Source of the DNA: a virus
DNA length: 64,000 nucleotides
Direction: 5' to 3' (one strand)
Virus record (IMG/VR): IMGVR_UViG_3300042514_001262
Location: 37,888 to 101,887 of that record
This document shows positions 1 to 11,151 of this stretch, one piece after another. Numbering within the stretch: position 1 is the first letter of the stretch; the number at the start of each line of letters is the position of its first letter. Both the position numbers and the translations under genes were made by a program. A model generated the notes under the pieces. The model worked only from the letters and a program-made list of their open reading frames with translations, made no database searches and was not told where the DNA came from.

Positions 1-208
1 CGAGCCATCCACACCTGAAGTACCACTTGAGCCGTTAGTTCCTGATGAACCAGAAGTTCCTGATGAACCAGAAGTTCCTGATGAACCGCTAGTACCTGAC
101 GAGCCATCCGCACCTGATGTACCACTTGAGCCGTTAGTTCCTGACGAACCAGAAGTTCCTGATGACCCACTTGAACCTGAGGTTCCGCTGCTACCAGAAT
201 TACCCGGT
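1..208 (-). repeat. 9/18-nt coding tandem repeats (Gly-X-Y tract 2)
   Basis: Repeated cctgatgaaccagaagtt-like units encode GTSGSS on the minus strand. Confidence 0.85.
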
Positions 209-1614
209 GCTCCCTCAAGATTTATAGTCCAAACACAATATTGCGAATTACCGTTAAGTATTGATGTTATTTCAACAACAAATTCTCCTGTTGTTGGGTT
301 ATACGATGCGACATCGCCAGTGAACAAATTATTAACATCATAAGCAACCAAGATTCCTTGCCCTACAGTTATACTTAAATTAGTTGTTCCTGTGAAATAT
401 ATTAAATTACCTATAGAATACCCTGAAAGGGTTAAACAAGTGTTTGATGTTCCATTATATATTGGACTTATCCCTGAACTACCACTTGAACCAGAAGTCC
501 CTGAAGAACCTGAGCTACCATCCGAACCGCTAGTTCCTGATGAACCTGAGCTACCATCCGAACCACTTGAACCATCTGTACCTGAACTACCGCTTGACCC
601 GTTTGTACCTGAGCTACCACTTGTTCCACTTGAACCATTAACACCACTTATACCACTTGTTCCTGAACTACCGCTTGAACCTGAAGTTCCTGATGAACCA
701 CTTGTCCCTGATGAACCTGAAGTTCCAGATGAACCACTTGTCCCTGTACCACCTGTAAAATTGATTAAAACATTTCCACCACCTTGGTTAATAACCGTAG
801 CACCTGAAAATGTCATACCTGTAACAGATGTTACAGTAACACCTGATGTGGAATCATATACCGTTAAAGAACCTGAACCTGAAGTAATACCTGTAACATT
901 AACAACACTTCCATCACTATTATTTAAAGTCAATGTTGAAGTACCGCTATTGTATGTTCCGCCAGTTATAGTTCCTGTGAATCCTGTAATTGTTACAGTA
1001 CCACCCGTATTATTATATAAATCTAAAATTTGTGTACCCGAAAAATATGTACCACCTGTAATTTGAACATCACTTCCCGAAAATATTCTCCATCTTGCAT
1101 CATTATGTGAAACACCATTAACCCCTTCAATTGTGCTTCCTGTCCAAGAATTGATAAAATCTTTACCAGCTTGAGAACGATTGTTTACAATAGTACTATA
1201 CTCAGAAGTAGTAATAGCCGAACTACCAGTTAAACCTGTTACCGCATTCCATAAAGTGTCATAGTTCGGAATTGTATATTGATAAACAGTATCTGTTTCT
1301 TGAACATAAACCTGCATACCTAATCTTCTTCTACCTGAAGATATATTATCAGAGTTTAATGTAACAAAATCAGGTGAGAAAGCAGAACCAGTTCCTTTTG
1401 TAAAATTGATTGGAATAGTGTTTGCAGATAATTGAATGTTAGCAGGATAAGTTGTTGCCGTCAACACTAAATCTAAATCACTTAAGTTATAAACTTCCAT
1501 GTGTCCACCTGTCTGTAATACAGAAAAGTTAGTACCGAAAGTGCTAGTCCTTACAACACTAGTAGGTCCTGCTAATTGAGCCGAAGATAGGGGGTTTTTA
1601 TATGGAAATGACAT
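1..1614 (-). CDS. Collagen-like (G-S-S/G-T-S) tail fibre/appendage protein, 3' end beyond the window
   Basis: Not in the ORF track because it runs off the edge. ATG at 1614 (MSFPYKNPLSSAQLAGPTS...), open to position 1, with two Gly-X-Y tracts (GTSGSSGTSGSS...). Confidence 0.8.
   Translation of the reverse strand, partial: MSFPYKNPLSSAQLAGPTSVVRTSTFGTNFSVLQTGGHMEVYNLSDLDLVLTATTYPANIQLSANTIPINFTKGTGSAFSPDFVTLNSDNISSGRRRLGMQVYVQETDTVYQYTIPNYDTLWNAVTGLTGSSAITTSEYSTIVNNRSQAGKDFINSWTGSTIEGVNGVSHNDARWRIFSGSDVQITGGTYFSGTQILDLYNNTGGTVTITGFTGTITGGTYNSGTSTLTLNNSDGSVVNVTGITSGSGSLTVYDSTSGVTVTSVTGMTFSGATVINQGGGNVLINFTGGTGTSGSSGTSGSSGTSGSSGTSGSSGSSGTSGISGVNGSSGTSGSSGTNGSSGSSGTDGSSGSDGSSGSSGTSGSDGSSGSSGTSGSSGSSGISPIYNGTSNTCLTLSGYSIGNLIYFTGTTNLSITVGQGILVAYDVNNLFTGDVASYNPTTGEFVVEITSILNGNSQYCVWTINLEGAPGNSGSSGTSGSSGSSGTSGSSGTNGSSGTSGADGSSGTSGSSGTSGSSGTSGSSGTNGSSGTSGVDGS
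465..750 (-). repeat. 9/18-nt coding tandem repeats (Gly-X-Y tract 1)
   Basis: Repeated cctgatgaacc/accacttgaacc units give GSS/GTS/GSD triplets. Confidence 0.85.
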
Positions 1615-1649
1615 ATTATATTTCGTTATTTATTAGTATATTATTATTA

Positions 1650-2750
1650 TTATGATTTAGTATCACCTTTAACCCAGAAAGTCGTTGTTAATGGAGGTGA
1701 AGATGGTTCAGAACACAATTCATTCATCCACAACACTCTATATGTTCCAACAGGAATTGCACATCCACTTGGAACTACCACATTTACACCCGCATTTATA
1801 ACATCAGGTACACCATTATCAATTATTGATGTTGAACATGCATTACCTAATCCCACATCTAAAGTCATGTTGGTCATTGTTCCTCCAACACCAGATAAAG
1901 GTATCCAAACAGTATATGTATATTGAATTGATGGGTTCACTTGTGATGTTGTCACAGGGATACTACTAAAACTATATTGATTTTGAGAACATCCATAAGA
2001 ATCAACACCCGAACCTGAAGATTGTCGTATTGGACCATTCAATGTTGATACGTTTGTTATGAAATTACCAACAGACCCTGTCCAACCTGAGAATTTAGCA
2101 TAAATTGCCATATCTGATGCGTAGTTTAGTCCCGCAGGTGTTCCACTATTACCCCATCCAAAGAAGGATACCGCACCTGTATCATACATATATTGACCCA
2201 AATTATTCAATGATGTTGGGTCTTGAGGTTCAGGGAATAAATAAGCACTGAACGCTGCCGGACTCGGTGTTGGAGTATTTGTAGGTGTTGAGGTATTTGT
2301 AGGCGTTGCAGTATTTGTAGGCGTCGGTGTTGGTGTTTGTCTTGTTGGTGTTACAGTTGGAGTTTGAGTTTGTGTTGGAGTTGTAGTATTTGTTGGTGTT
2401 GGGCTTGGAGATAATCCTGGTGTAGGTGTTATAGTAGGTGTTATAGTTGGTGTCGCAGTATTTGTTGGTGTAGGTGTAGGTGTTTGGTTTGTTGGAGTAA
2501 TACTTGGTGTTGGAGTAGGTGTTGGAGTAATACATTCAACATTTACAAGAACCCCATTCAACATTTCAGTTCTTGTTTGGTCTTCATAAACCAGTGTAGA
2601 ACCCAAATAAACATTAAATGGACCTAAAGCGCTTGAATTAGATGTTAATCTGACAATATATGTTGAACAACCCGATACCGTTATTTGCTGTTCAATTTCA
2701 TTATCACAACCAACAGCATTATTGGTAACGGTTATAGTGTATGTAGCCAT
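1650..2750 (-). CDS. Virion appendage protein with long Pro-Thr linker
   Basis: 366 aa with a central ~90-aa TPTPTPS/TPTNT tract between two beta-rich domains; lies in the tail gene cluster. Confidence 0.65.
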   Translation of the reverse strand: MATYTITVTNNAVGCDNEIEQQITVSGCSTYIVRLTSNSSALGPFNVYLGSTLVYEDQTRTEMLNGVLVNVECITPTPTPTPSITPTNQTPTPTPTNTATPTITPTITPTPGLSPSPTPTNTTTPTQTQTPTVTPTRQTPTPTPTNTATPTNTSTPTNTPTPSPAAFSAYLFPEPQDPTSLNNLGQYMYDTGAVSFFGWGNSGTPAGLNYASDMAIYAKFSGWTGSVGNFITNVSTLNGPIRQSSGSGVDSYGCSQNQYSFSSIPVTTSQVNPSIQYTYTVWIPLSGVGGTMTNMTLDVGLGNACSTSIIDNGVPDVINAGVNVVVPSGCAIPVGTYRVLWMNELCSEPSSPPLTTTFWVKGDTKS

Positions 2751-2855
2751 CCTCGGTATTTTATTAAATAAATACCTTAAACGATTACTTTTATTTAGAA
2801 ATTGGGAAAATTAAACAACTAATGAATTAAGTTAGTTGTTGTTAATATTGAAAAC

Positions 2856-3131
2856 CTATGTATCAAGTTCAACAATGATTTCAAATGCACATCCAAAGGT
2901 ACAATCTAATATTTTGAATAATTCACAACCATTATCGTCAATCAATTTTAACATCACCTCAGGTGCCGTTTCAAAAATTGACGGGATTGTTGAATTGTAA
3001 GTTTGAACAGGAGGCACAGGTCCTGGATTTATTGTTGCAAGTTGATATTGGTTGTTTCCATAAACATCCGAAATAAAAACTTGAACCGGGTACGTAACTC
3101 CTGATATTTCTGTAATTCTTATTTGTACCAT
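2856..3131 (-). CDS. Small hypothetical structural protein
   Basis: 91 aa, co-oriented and tightly packed; its C-terminal DDNGC motif resembles a single SprB-like unit. Confidence 0.6.
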   Translation of the reverse strand: MVQIRITEISGVTYPVQVFISDVYGNNQYQLATINPGPVPPVQTYNSTIPSIFETAPEVMLKLIDDNGCELFKILDCTFGCAFEIIVELDT

Positions 3132-3141
3132 TTTTTTATTT

Positions 3142-5280
3142 TTAACAAGTTAAACACATTATATCATAGACAATTATTAATTCAACAATAATTTCTTGTC
3201 CGTTTAATGTATTGTCACCAGATTTAGTGTTAATAGTTATTTGATTATTTAATGAATCAATTGTTACTCCTCCAACACCAGGAACAGTCAATAATAAATT
3301 TTTAACTGTATCATAGTATAAGTTATCACTTGGTGCGCTAACCAATGTTGTACCTGTGAAGAAAGCATCGCTTGTTGTTAAACCTAATGGTTGTACACTC
3401 ACATTAACACTAAATACTGCAGATATCAAATCACAATTTGTTCCACCGCTAGTCAAATCGTTAAATCCTTCATTCAACATTTGAAGTAATCCATATTTTG
3501 TTTGTGATTGGATTACAAATTGTTCTCCACCCATAACATATGTTTGATAAGAAACATATTGAGTTTGGCAATCTATATTTGTAGTTCTGCTTAATGAACA
3601 CCCAATTGAATCAACAACTGTTAAACTATATGTTCCGGCAGTTAGTCCTGTTATTTGTATTTGTTGTGGATTACCCTGAACATTATTTGACCAATTGAAA
3701 TTAAATGGTGGTGTGCCTGTAGATATTAGAGCAGTTAAAGTTCCGTCCGAACCATTACCACATGAAGTGCTGTATAATGTAAAATCTAACGGGTCACTTT
3801 CACTAACATAAACTTGTGTTGTTTGTGTACATCCTGTTGCATCTGTAACGGTAACAGTGTGTTGACCTGAAGAAACATTTGTAAATGTTATTGCCGAAAG
3901 TGTCGTGTTAAAAACATTTTGAATCCCATCTAACGAATAATTGAATGGTGATTGCCCCCCATCTGTTTTTTCAACATAAACCGCACCATTACTTTGATTA
4001 CAAGTTGTTCCTGTAATTTCAGTAGTAATTTCAAAAGAATTTGTTGCAAATAAAGTAATTTCATCCGTGTAAGAACATCCCGACGAATCTTGAATTACAA
4101 CTGAATAAGTTCCTGTTGATAAATTACTAAATAATTGAGAAGTTTGACTATTAACAATATTAAGTGTGTTTCCATTGGGATATATTAAGGTGTATGTATA
4201 TGGTGAAACCCCTCCAGCAACTGAAACGGTTATTGAACCGTCGGTACTTGAACATGTTGAACCTTGACTTGATATTGTAACTGAAGCAATCCCAAGTGGT
4301 GTTAGTAATGTTGTACTAACAACTATACTACAAAAAGCGGAATCTGTTACCGAAATTGAATAATCCCCCGCAGATAATCCTGAAATTGACCATGTTTGAC
4401 CATATTGAATTTGAACATTACCTGTAGATGCAGAGTAATAATAAGGTGCAGTACCTCCAGTTATCTGAAGAGTTAAAACACCATCTGAAGAAAAACAAGT
4501 TGGTTGTGTCGCAGTAAACACACCAAACCCAAGAACATTAACATCAGTAACTACACCTGTTTGAGTTTGAGAACAACCCAAACTGTCTGTTACAACAACA
4601 GAATATGTCCCCGATGTTAATCCCGTAATACTACTTGTTGTGAACCCATTACTCCATAGATATGTGTAAGGTGCAACTCCTGTTTGTCCAGTTACAATAA
4701 TTTTTCCAATTGGCGTTCCCCCGCAACTTGAATTTGGAACAACATATAAACCATAATTAAAAGGTCCACTATCTTCCACAATAAAATCAGATGTCTTACC
4801 TGTACATCCCCCTAAATCTTGGGCTATCATATAATATGTTCCCGCAGTTAAATTGCCAAAAACTATGTTTGATGTATTAGTGTTTCCTGAATTTATGTAT
4901 GTATTGTCGGACAAATATAAATAAAAATTTGTTGACGAATAATTTGAAGAAGATGTGCTCGTTACCGAACCATTATCCAAACCACATGTGGTATTTTGGA
5001 CTGAAAGTACACTCGCACATACACCTGAAGAAACAGGGATGTTAATATAAAATTGTAAGTTTGTCGGTACGGTACTATCATTAACATTTACCGCATATGT
5101 ATCAGCACTTAATGAAGTTCTGATAGATGGATTAGTTGTTACAACATCAACACCCAAATTAGGTGATACCCATTGAACAGTATAGGGCGGTGTTCCTCCC
5201 GTTAGATATAATTCGACGGCACCAGAATTTGTATTCTGACAATCTCCCGTTATTATAATATTATAATTAAATGCCGACAT
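3142..5280 (-). CDS. SprB-repeat adhesin-like protein (putative fibre/receptor-binding protein)
   Basis: Repeated units with TC....G, GGT(A/P)PYTY.WSNG, GL(T/S)AGTYSV.VTD..GC, typical of Bacteroidota SprB repeats. Confidence 0.75.
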   Translation of the reverse strand: MSAFNYNIIITGDCQNTNSGAVELYLTGGTPPYTVQWVSPNLGVDVVTTNPSIRTSLSADTYAVNVNDSTVPTNLQFYINIPVSSGVCASVLSVQNTTCGLDNGSVTSTSSSNYSSTNFYLYLSDNTYINSGNTNTSNIVFGNLTAGTYYMIAQDLGGCTGKTSDFIVEDSGPFNYGLYVVPNSSCGGTPIGKIIVTGQTGVAPYTYLWSNGFTTSSITGLTSGTYSVVVTDSLGCSQTQTGVVTDVNVLGFGVFTATQPTCFSSDGVLTLQITGGTAPYYYSASTGNVQIQYGQTWSISGLSAGDYSISVTDSAFCSIVVSTTLLTPLGIASVTISSQGSTCSSTDGSITVSVAGGVSPYTYTLIYPNGNTLNIVNSQTSQLFSNLSTGTYSVVIQDSSGCSYTDEITLFATNSFEITTEITGTTCNQSNGAVYVEKTDGGQSPFNYSLDGIQNVFNTTLSAITFTNVSSGQHTVTVTDATGCTQTTQVYVSESDPLDFTLYSTSCGNGSDGTLTALISTGTPPFNFNWSNNVQGNPQQIQITGLTAGTYSLTVVDSIGCSLSRTTNIDCQTQYVSYQTYVMGGEQFVIQSQTKYGLLQMLNEGFNDLTSGGTNCDLISAVFSVNVSVQPLGLTTSDAFFTGTTLVSAPSDNLYYDTVKNLLLTVPGVGGVTIDSLNNQITINTKSGDNTLNGQEIIVELIIVYDIMCLTC

Positions 5281-5282
5281 TG

Positions 5283-8264
5283 TTATGAACAGTTAATACT
5301 AATGTTTATTCCCACATTTAAAGAAACCGTATCAACGATATTCTGAGTTAAACATGATAAATTTGTAATGGTTAATGTATTACCATTTAGATAATATGTG
5401 TAGCCATAATTGTATAATTGGGGTAAATAATTTATTAAAGCATTTCTCCATTGTGTGTTAGTTGGTACATCCATCATACCATAACCAGTGTAAAACGAAT
5501 CTTTAATAATTTGTTGTCCATTTATTTCTAAATCAACATACCAATCACTCAATACCGAGTTTTGAGAACATTGATTTAATGTTAAACCACTTTGAGCCAA
5601 CATATTATTAACCCTATTCACTAAAATAGAACTGAAGTTTGATACATTAACATCTCCATTAAACCAAGGGTAGATATTAAAATCCGCATATTCAGTGTTA
5701 CATGTATAATCAAAGATATTAGAAATGATATAACATGGGTCAACAGGAACTGGAACAAACTGACAACCTCTTTGTCTTCTATAAACAAATTTTTGTTTGT
5801 TCAAAATAGAGTTTTCTAATCTCACACCACCATTCCAAATTGTTGTTGCAGGAACCATTTGTTCAACCAACTTTGTCCAATAAGGACCAATACCATTTAC
5901 ATAATCAATTAACTTTTGGTAAGTATATTTGTTATTGGGTAATCCAACTGTTTGTTCTGATTCAATGTATTTCCAAAAAATAGATTGTAGTGTAGGATAA
6001 CCACCTGTTTTACCATCTGTAATATATTGTCTGTTTCTTGTATTAACCATGTTCTCCCAAAATGTTTGAGAAAATTCAAAGAATGTTTTTTTCTTTGGTT
6101 CAGGATTCACATATGTCCAATCAACTCCTCCAGGAACAGGATAACCAACCGTTAATCCTGATTCAGGAATAGGATAGTCATATTGTCTTGATTGTTCCCA
6201 AACATCATAAAGTAATCCTTGTGCAGGATTTAAGAATATGTCCACATTTTTAACATTCAATACTAATTTTTCATTATCAACGAAATAATAAGCATTGTAA
6301 TCACCTTGTGTTGAAACCCTAATTTTATCGTCAGTTGACAACCATGATTTATTATTATCAACAACTTTTTCCAACTTGAATCCTTCATTCATATATGGGA
6401 AATTCCTATATCTGTTAAGATATGTTTGACCATAAGTGAATGGTGTTAGTTGGGTTTGAATATTATAGTTTTGTCCTGTATACACATTACCCGTAAGTTG
6501 AACTTCATCAGGACTTCTGTGTTGAGGAGTTGTCTCATACCAACCTGCACCGATTTGGAAGAAGTATGTTTCCGTATTTACAGGTGATTTTGGATAACCC
6601 TCAACATCCATCGGATAATCTTCTAATAGAATATTAACATTTTGATAGGTTGCCGTTGAAGTAAATGCAGTATATAATTGACCTTTAACTTTATATGTTT
6701 CTCCAGGTAAATAACTCGGAACATTGTCCACATAAGTACCACCTGATATCTGAGCCCATTGAGTGTAAAATTGGTCAAGGTTAATTTTTTGGTCCGCCAA
6801 GTAAATGTGTTCATTATATTCTATCAACGAATCAGGAGCACCAATCAATCTTAATAAAAATTCAATTGACCTTCTTGTTCCCTTTGACTTGAAAAGATAA
6901 GACGCATTTAAGATTAAATTTCTATAGTACGCATAATTTAACTCTGTTGGTGTAAGAGCTCTTGCATATCCAGGATAAGTCGGTGTTGAGGTGTTACCAA
7001 ATACTGAACCTAAAAAATCTTCGTTTGTAATTGGTGAGAAATTTGAAGACCACCCTAAAGTTCTTGACAAGTTAACCAACAACTCTGAAGGTATATCATT
7101 TGAAGGATTGTAGTTTACTGAGTTCATGTAAGCCAACCCATCAATAAATTGTTTGATTTGGTCAAAACTTCGGCCATAAATCTGAAATATTTTCTCAACT
7201 TTTCTACCCAAAGTATCAAACTCTTTTAGAGAATCTGAAACTAAAAATCTTGAAATTAAATTTGTTTTAAATGAATCAAGGTTTACGGCAATTGATTGAA
7301 TTTGTTCCAAATAATTGTCAAACAAAAATGAACGAATATCTAAGTTCCATGTACCTTGTTTCGGCCATGTCACTTGTTGATAATCTGTATATGTTTGACC
7401 ATATTCATTTTGTTGAGGTACTTGGAAAACGGCAGTGTATTCAGGTCTAACCAATCTATTCACCAAGAATTTTTCAACCTCATCAAAAGATTCTTGGAAA
7501 ACTTTATCAACAATGTAATCATTAGGTCTGATTTGATAATCGTCATTGATTGTAGTTGCAGTTGTCCCAAATGGCGCACCCGAAACATAAAATTGAAGAT
7601 AACCTAAAGATAAAGTTTCAGATGGTACAAACGACAATACCTTATATATGTTATCGTTAATACTAATACAATAATCAAGGTAAGTATTATATAAATTTCT
7701 GTATGGAGATACGATAATTTCTCTGATTGACAAATTGGTTGCCGCACTTATAGAATAATCAATATCAAAAGGATTATTGATTCTATCTACATTCACTTTG
7801 AAATATGTATCATCATTCTGAGTGTCATAAACAATGTCGTATGCAGTGTTAGCGGTAACATAAAAATCATTATTGAACATTACATCCAATGATGCTGGAA
7901 AATAATTTATAATTTTTGTAATTGAAACACTAAATCTTTTAGATAACGACCCATACATCGAAAAGTTTAGAACTTGTGAAATGTCATAATTAGGATAAAC
8001 TCTGAATTGAGTTGCAAGAATCCTCCTACTTTGTTCCAAATCATCAATCCCCAACATATCAAGGGATATCGGTTCAGAGAAAGCCCCGACATTAAAAGTT
8101 CTGTTAACCTTTTCCGTTACACCAGTGGTAAATTCAAAATTACCTTGAGTAAGTCCTCCACCCTCAACAGTTTGTAATCCTACAATGTTGTCAGAGAAGG
8201 TACCCGCACCACTACCTGGTCTTGGGGGATAAAAATATTTCGTATTTTTTATATCTACCGCCAT
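5283..8264 (-). CDS. Baseplate wedge-type structural protein (P2 gpI / T4 gp7-like region)
   Basis: 993 aa; LVNLSRTLGW...YLFKSKGTRRSIEFLLRLIG matches the 'KGT..SIE.LL' motif of gpI-like wedge proteins. Confidence 0.6.
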   Translation of the reverse strand: MAVDIKNTKYFYPPRPGSGAGTFSDNIVGLQTVEGGGLTQGNFEFTTGVTEKVNRTFNVGAFSEPISLDMLGIDDLEQSRRILATQFRVYPNYDISQVLNFSMYGSLSKRFSVSITKIINYFPASLDVMFNNDFYVTANTAYDIVYDTQNDDTYFKVNVDRINNPFDIDYSISAATNLSIREIIVSPYRNLYNTYLDYCISINDNIYKVLSFVPSETLSLGYLQFYVSGAPFGTTATTINDDYQIRPNDYIVDKVFQESFDEVEKFLVNRLVRPEYTAVFQVPQQNEYGQTYTDYQQVTWPKQGTWNLDIRSFLFDNYLEQIQSIAVNLDSFKTNLISRFLVSDSLKEFDTLGRKVEKIFQIYGRSFDQIKQFIDGLAYMNSVNYNPSNDIPSELLVNLSRTLGWSSNFSPITNEDFLGSVFGNTSTPTYPGYARALTPTELNYAYYRNLILNASYLFKSKGTRRSIEFLLRLIGAPDSLIEYNEHIYLADQKINLDQFYTQWAQISGGTYVDNVPSYLPGETYKVKGQLYTAFTSTATYQNVNILLEDYPMDVEGYPKSPVNTETYFFQIGAGWYETTPQHRSPDEVQLTGNVYTGQNYNIQTQLTPFTYGQTYLNRYRNFPYMNEGFKLEKVVDNNKSWLSTDDKIRVSTQGDYNAYYFVDNEKLVLNVKNVDIFLNPAQGLLYDVWEQSRQYDYPIPESGLTVGYPVPGGVDWTYVNPEPKKKTFFEFSQTFWENMVNTRNRQYITDGKTGGYPTLQSIFWKYIESEQTVGLPNNKYTYQKLIDYVNGIGPYWTKLVEQMVPATTIWNGGVRLENSILNKQKFVYRRQRGCQFVPVPVDPCYIISNIFDYTCNTEYADFNIYPWFNGDVNVSNFSSILVNRVNNMLAQSGLTLNQCSQNSVLSDWYVDLEINGQQIIKDSFYTGYGMMDVPTNTQWRNALINYLPQLYNYGYTYYLNGNTLTITNLSCLTQNIVDTVSLNVGINISINCS

Positions 8265-9172
8265 TAAGTTGTTATTGTTGTGAAGTTTTTACTGAAATCA
8301 ATATTATTTCCTCTACTTTGTCTAACCTCATAAAGAAGAGCATTAAATTGGTCTCTAATCTCATACAAGTTGTATTGTCTGTAGATATTATTTTGAGAGT
8401 CGTAGATTGTGTAAATTCCGTCATCAATAGATTTTGTTTGATTACCGTAAAGAGCAATCGCAAGAGACGAAATATCATATTCAACCATATCAACTTCTAT
8501 CGTAACAGGATTAAAAAATGTGTTAGATATAATAATATTTTGATTTGGTTGCCCAATAAATGGAGTTGCATTTGGTTTGTTTGTTGGTGACGATGATGGC
8601 GATAAAGTCAAAAATATTAAGTTTGAATTACCGTCAACATATCTATATCTTATTGATTTTTGTGTTGTATTGATTTCATTAGTTACAACAGGCTCACAGA
8701 AAAAAGATGATGTCACAACCCTAAAGAAGTTAGGAATTTTTGAACCATCGGCATTTAAGTATTCAATTCTAAAACCCACTAATCCTTGAGGTACGAATTT
8801 ATTTTGGAATTGTGCTGGTACATTTGTAATATCAATAACGATACCCTTAACATTTGGTAATGCGCTTAACACACCACAATCCGTAATTACTGTTCTAATT
8901 TGAGCAGGTCTCAAATACAAAGTGTAAATTCCAATCGCATTGAATTGTTCTGCAGGTAATGTTAAATTATATAACCCACCCAAAACCTCAACATTAGCAT
9001 TTCCTCCTGTTTGAGTATTATTAAAATAAGGTTTTAATAATGTTTGTGCATCAAGTTCCGTTAGGATGAAATTATCCGTTACATCCCTTGTTGGGGTATA
9101 GTTCATTATTATCTGCACATCTTCAGGTGATACGTCTGAAGGTCTTATTGTTCCATATGAGCCGATTGCCAT
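8264..9172 (-). CDS. Hypothetical baseplate-region structural protein
   Basis: 302 aa, beta-rich, stop/start overlap with the downstream gene. Confidence 0.55.
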   Translation of the reverse strand: MAIGSYGTIRPSDVSPEDVQIIMNYTPTRDVTDNFILTELDAQTLLKPYFNNTQTGGNANVEVLGGLYNLTLPAEQFNAIGIYTLYLRPAQIRTVITDCGVLSALPNVKGIVIDITNVPAQFQNKFVPQGLVGFRIEYLNADGSKIPNFFRVVTSSFFCEPVVTNEINTTQKSIRYRYVDGNSNLIFLTLSPSSSPTNKPNATPFIGQPNQNIIISNTFFNPVTIEVDMVEYDISSLAIALYGNQTKSIDDGIYTIYDSQNNIYRQYNLYEIRDQFNALLYEVRQSRGNNIDFSKNFTTITT

Positions 9173-9199
9173 AGTTTCTTTTTATTTTATAAATACTTA

Positions 9200-10309
9200 T
9201 TAATTCTTTTTCACAACATTAAAGAATCCGTAACCATAGTTAATCATATCTCCAAGATTATCAACCTCACCAATTCTTTGGATTCTTTCATATGCTGAGT
9301 TCTTTCCTCGTTCAATGAACAGGTTAGTTTGTATTTGCGCTTGGTCAACAACTTTTAATAATACTTCATCTTTTGTGATTGGCACTTGCGTTAAATTGTT
9401 TTCAGTAAATCCTGATGATGGTTCAAAGAATATTGTTGTCCCATCAATATAATCATAATAACTAACACCGTTTATTGTGTACGCAGTATAAATTGGATTC
9501 ATATCTGTAATTACCCCCCATATTTGTCCGTTTTTAATCACAGGGACCCCAACTTGATATTTTACAGAACCGTAGAGTGTCAAATCTGTTATACTTGATT
9601 TTGTTAATCCTGAAACCGTGTAAGGTACACTAACATAATTCCAAGATGTTTGAGCAGATACTTGATTGATTGCATCTCCTGAAAAAATATAATCATAACT
9701 TACAGGTGTACCAGCCCAGTTTCCACCAACGGGAATAAAAAACGCCTCTCCATTTGGATTTGTTGGTGTAACCAAACTATAAGGTGTTGTTATTGTTTTA
9801 GAGACCCTTGTTATTCCCCAAGGATTTGTTTGTTCTAATGAAATAGTATATTGAGCATTTGCCGTTGGATAAGTATGACTCAACGAATTTGGAGTGTAAC
9901 TTGTAATTGTTTGTTTTGGTGAACCGTCACCCCAATCTACTTTATATGAAGATAAATCTAAAAACTTTTGAAATTCACTTGATGTATTATAAATGTTATA
10001 AACATAAGGATTGATGGTTGTTGATGAAAATATGAAATTTGCAACAACATCTTTTTGTAATACCGCTCCATCAAATGGACTATAGTATCCAACATCAACC
10101 GCAGTTTGTCTGATAAGAATTGGAATTGTCAATCCAGTTAATAATGAAGTACCATTTGGTCCTGCGGTTAATACTTGGGTCATTGCAGAATAAACCCCAA
10201 CAGTTTGACCTGTGTAAGTATTATTCACATTCTGACCTTCAAGATTTACAAGGAATAAATCTCCAAGTATTGTTTCGGGCGATACTATTACTTTATAAAA
10301 ATCTTCCAT
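9200..10309 (-). CDS. PKD-domain structural protein
   Basis: YKVDWGDGS...SHTYP...YTISL PKD signature. Confidence 0.65.
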   Translation of the reverse strand: MEDFYKVIVSPETILGDLFLVNLEGQNVNNTYTGQTVGVYSAMTQVLTAGPNGTSLLTGLTIPILIRQTAVDVGYYSPFDGAVLQKDVVANFIFSSTTINPYVYNIYNTSSEFQKFLDLSSYKVDWGDGSPKQTITSYTPNSLSHTYPTANAQYTISLEQTNPWGITRVSKTITTPYSLVTPTNPNGEAFFIPVGGNWAGTPVSYDYIFSGDAINQVSAQTSWNYVSVPYTVSGLTKSSITDLTLYGSVKYQVGVPVIKNGQIWGVITDMNPIYTAYTINGVSYYDYIDGTTIFFEPSSGFTENNLTQVPITKDEVLLKVVDQAQIQTNLFIERGKNSAYERIQRIGEVDNLGDMINYGYGFFNVVKKN

Positions 10310-11151
10310 TATTTTGGATTAACATATTCATACCATTTTATGGGTACTGAAGCCCCCGCTCTTTGTCCTAAATTACTATAATCCGTTTGGTAAGGATTCA
10401 TATTAAAAACTTGATAGTTTCTTTTTTCATAATCTAACTCAACTCTATAATAGAAATATTTCGTACTATCAAAAGTGAATTTATCACCGACAATTGATGA
10501 TTGCGACATATTCATCATCTTTGTGAAATATCCATTTTTAGCATCATAAAATTTAGCGGTCATGTAGAACGTGTTTATGTTCAAGAAATTTCTCTTCTTT
10601 AACCAATAAATGAAAAATCCTTCTTTATCCCCAACATAATCCAAAACGAAATAAGGTTTTTTTATTTTAACAGGAGTTCTTTGCATTATAGCATCCATTT
10701 TTAAACCTTGTTGTGTTGGTATAATAATCGTTATATAATTTGTTTGACGTTTTTCATCCACATTGTCATAGAAATCCAACTTAAAAAATGAATTAGAAAA
10801 ATTGTTTGTATAATAATAAATTTCTTGAGTTGTAAAACCCTCCATTAGGTAATTACATTTCCAATTGGTAGAATCACTTAACGAACCGCCAGAATAAAAA
10901 TTAAACTCGTATTGAATATCCGTAATTTCATTCAAATTATTTGTTAAAGGGTCTTGAATTATAAGAGGTGCATGTGCAAACCTATCAACCTCAAAGTCAC
11001 CATAAGTACCCGTAACTTTCTTAATGACCTCAGTTTCATATTCATCAATACTTTGGTCTAATCCTAAGTAATCCCACGTCAATTCAATTGGTATGACCAA
11101 CTCTTTATTGGTAAATCCGTCTTTTCTTATTTCTATTTTATTCACATCCAT
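10309..11151 (-). CDS. Hypothetical baseplate-region protein
   Basis: 280 aa, overlaps both neighbours. Confidence 0.55.
   Translation of the reverse strand: MDVNKIEIRKDGFTNKELVIPIELTWDYLGLDQSIDEYETEVIKKVTGTYGDFEVDRFAHAPLIIQDPLTNNLNEITDIQYEFNFYSGGSLSDSTNWKCNYLMEGFTTQEIYYYTNNFSNSFFKLDFYDNVDEKRQTNYITIIIPTQQGLKMDAIMQRTPVKIKKPYFVLDYVGDKEGFFIYWLKKRNFLNINTFYMTAKFYDAKNGYFTKMMNMSQSSIVGDKFTFDSTKYFYYRVELDYEKRNYQVFNMNPYQTDYSNLGQRAGASVPIKWYEYVNPK

Noticed and set aside
1-750. Short tandem repeats as possible CRISPR or guide array
   Set aside because: 9/18-nt period, no unique spacers, variation at third codon positions; these are coding repeats.
392-1066. 224-aa Pro/Glu-rich plus-strand ORF
   Set aside because: Antisense shadow of the Gly-Ser collagen-like gene at 1-1614 on the minus strand.
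2230-2535. 101-aa Tyr/Asn/Thr-rich ORF
   Set aside because: Alternative frame of the Pro-Thr repeat tract.
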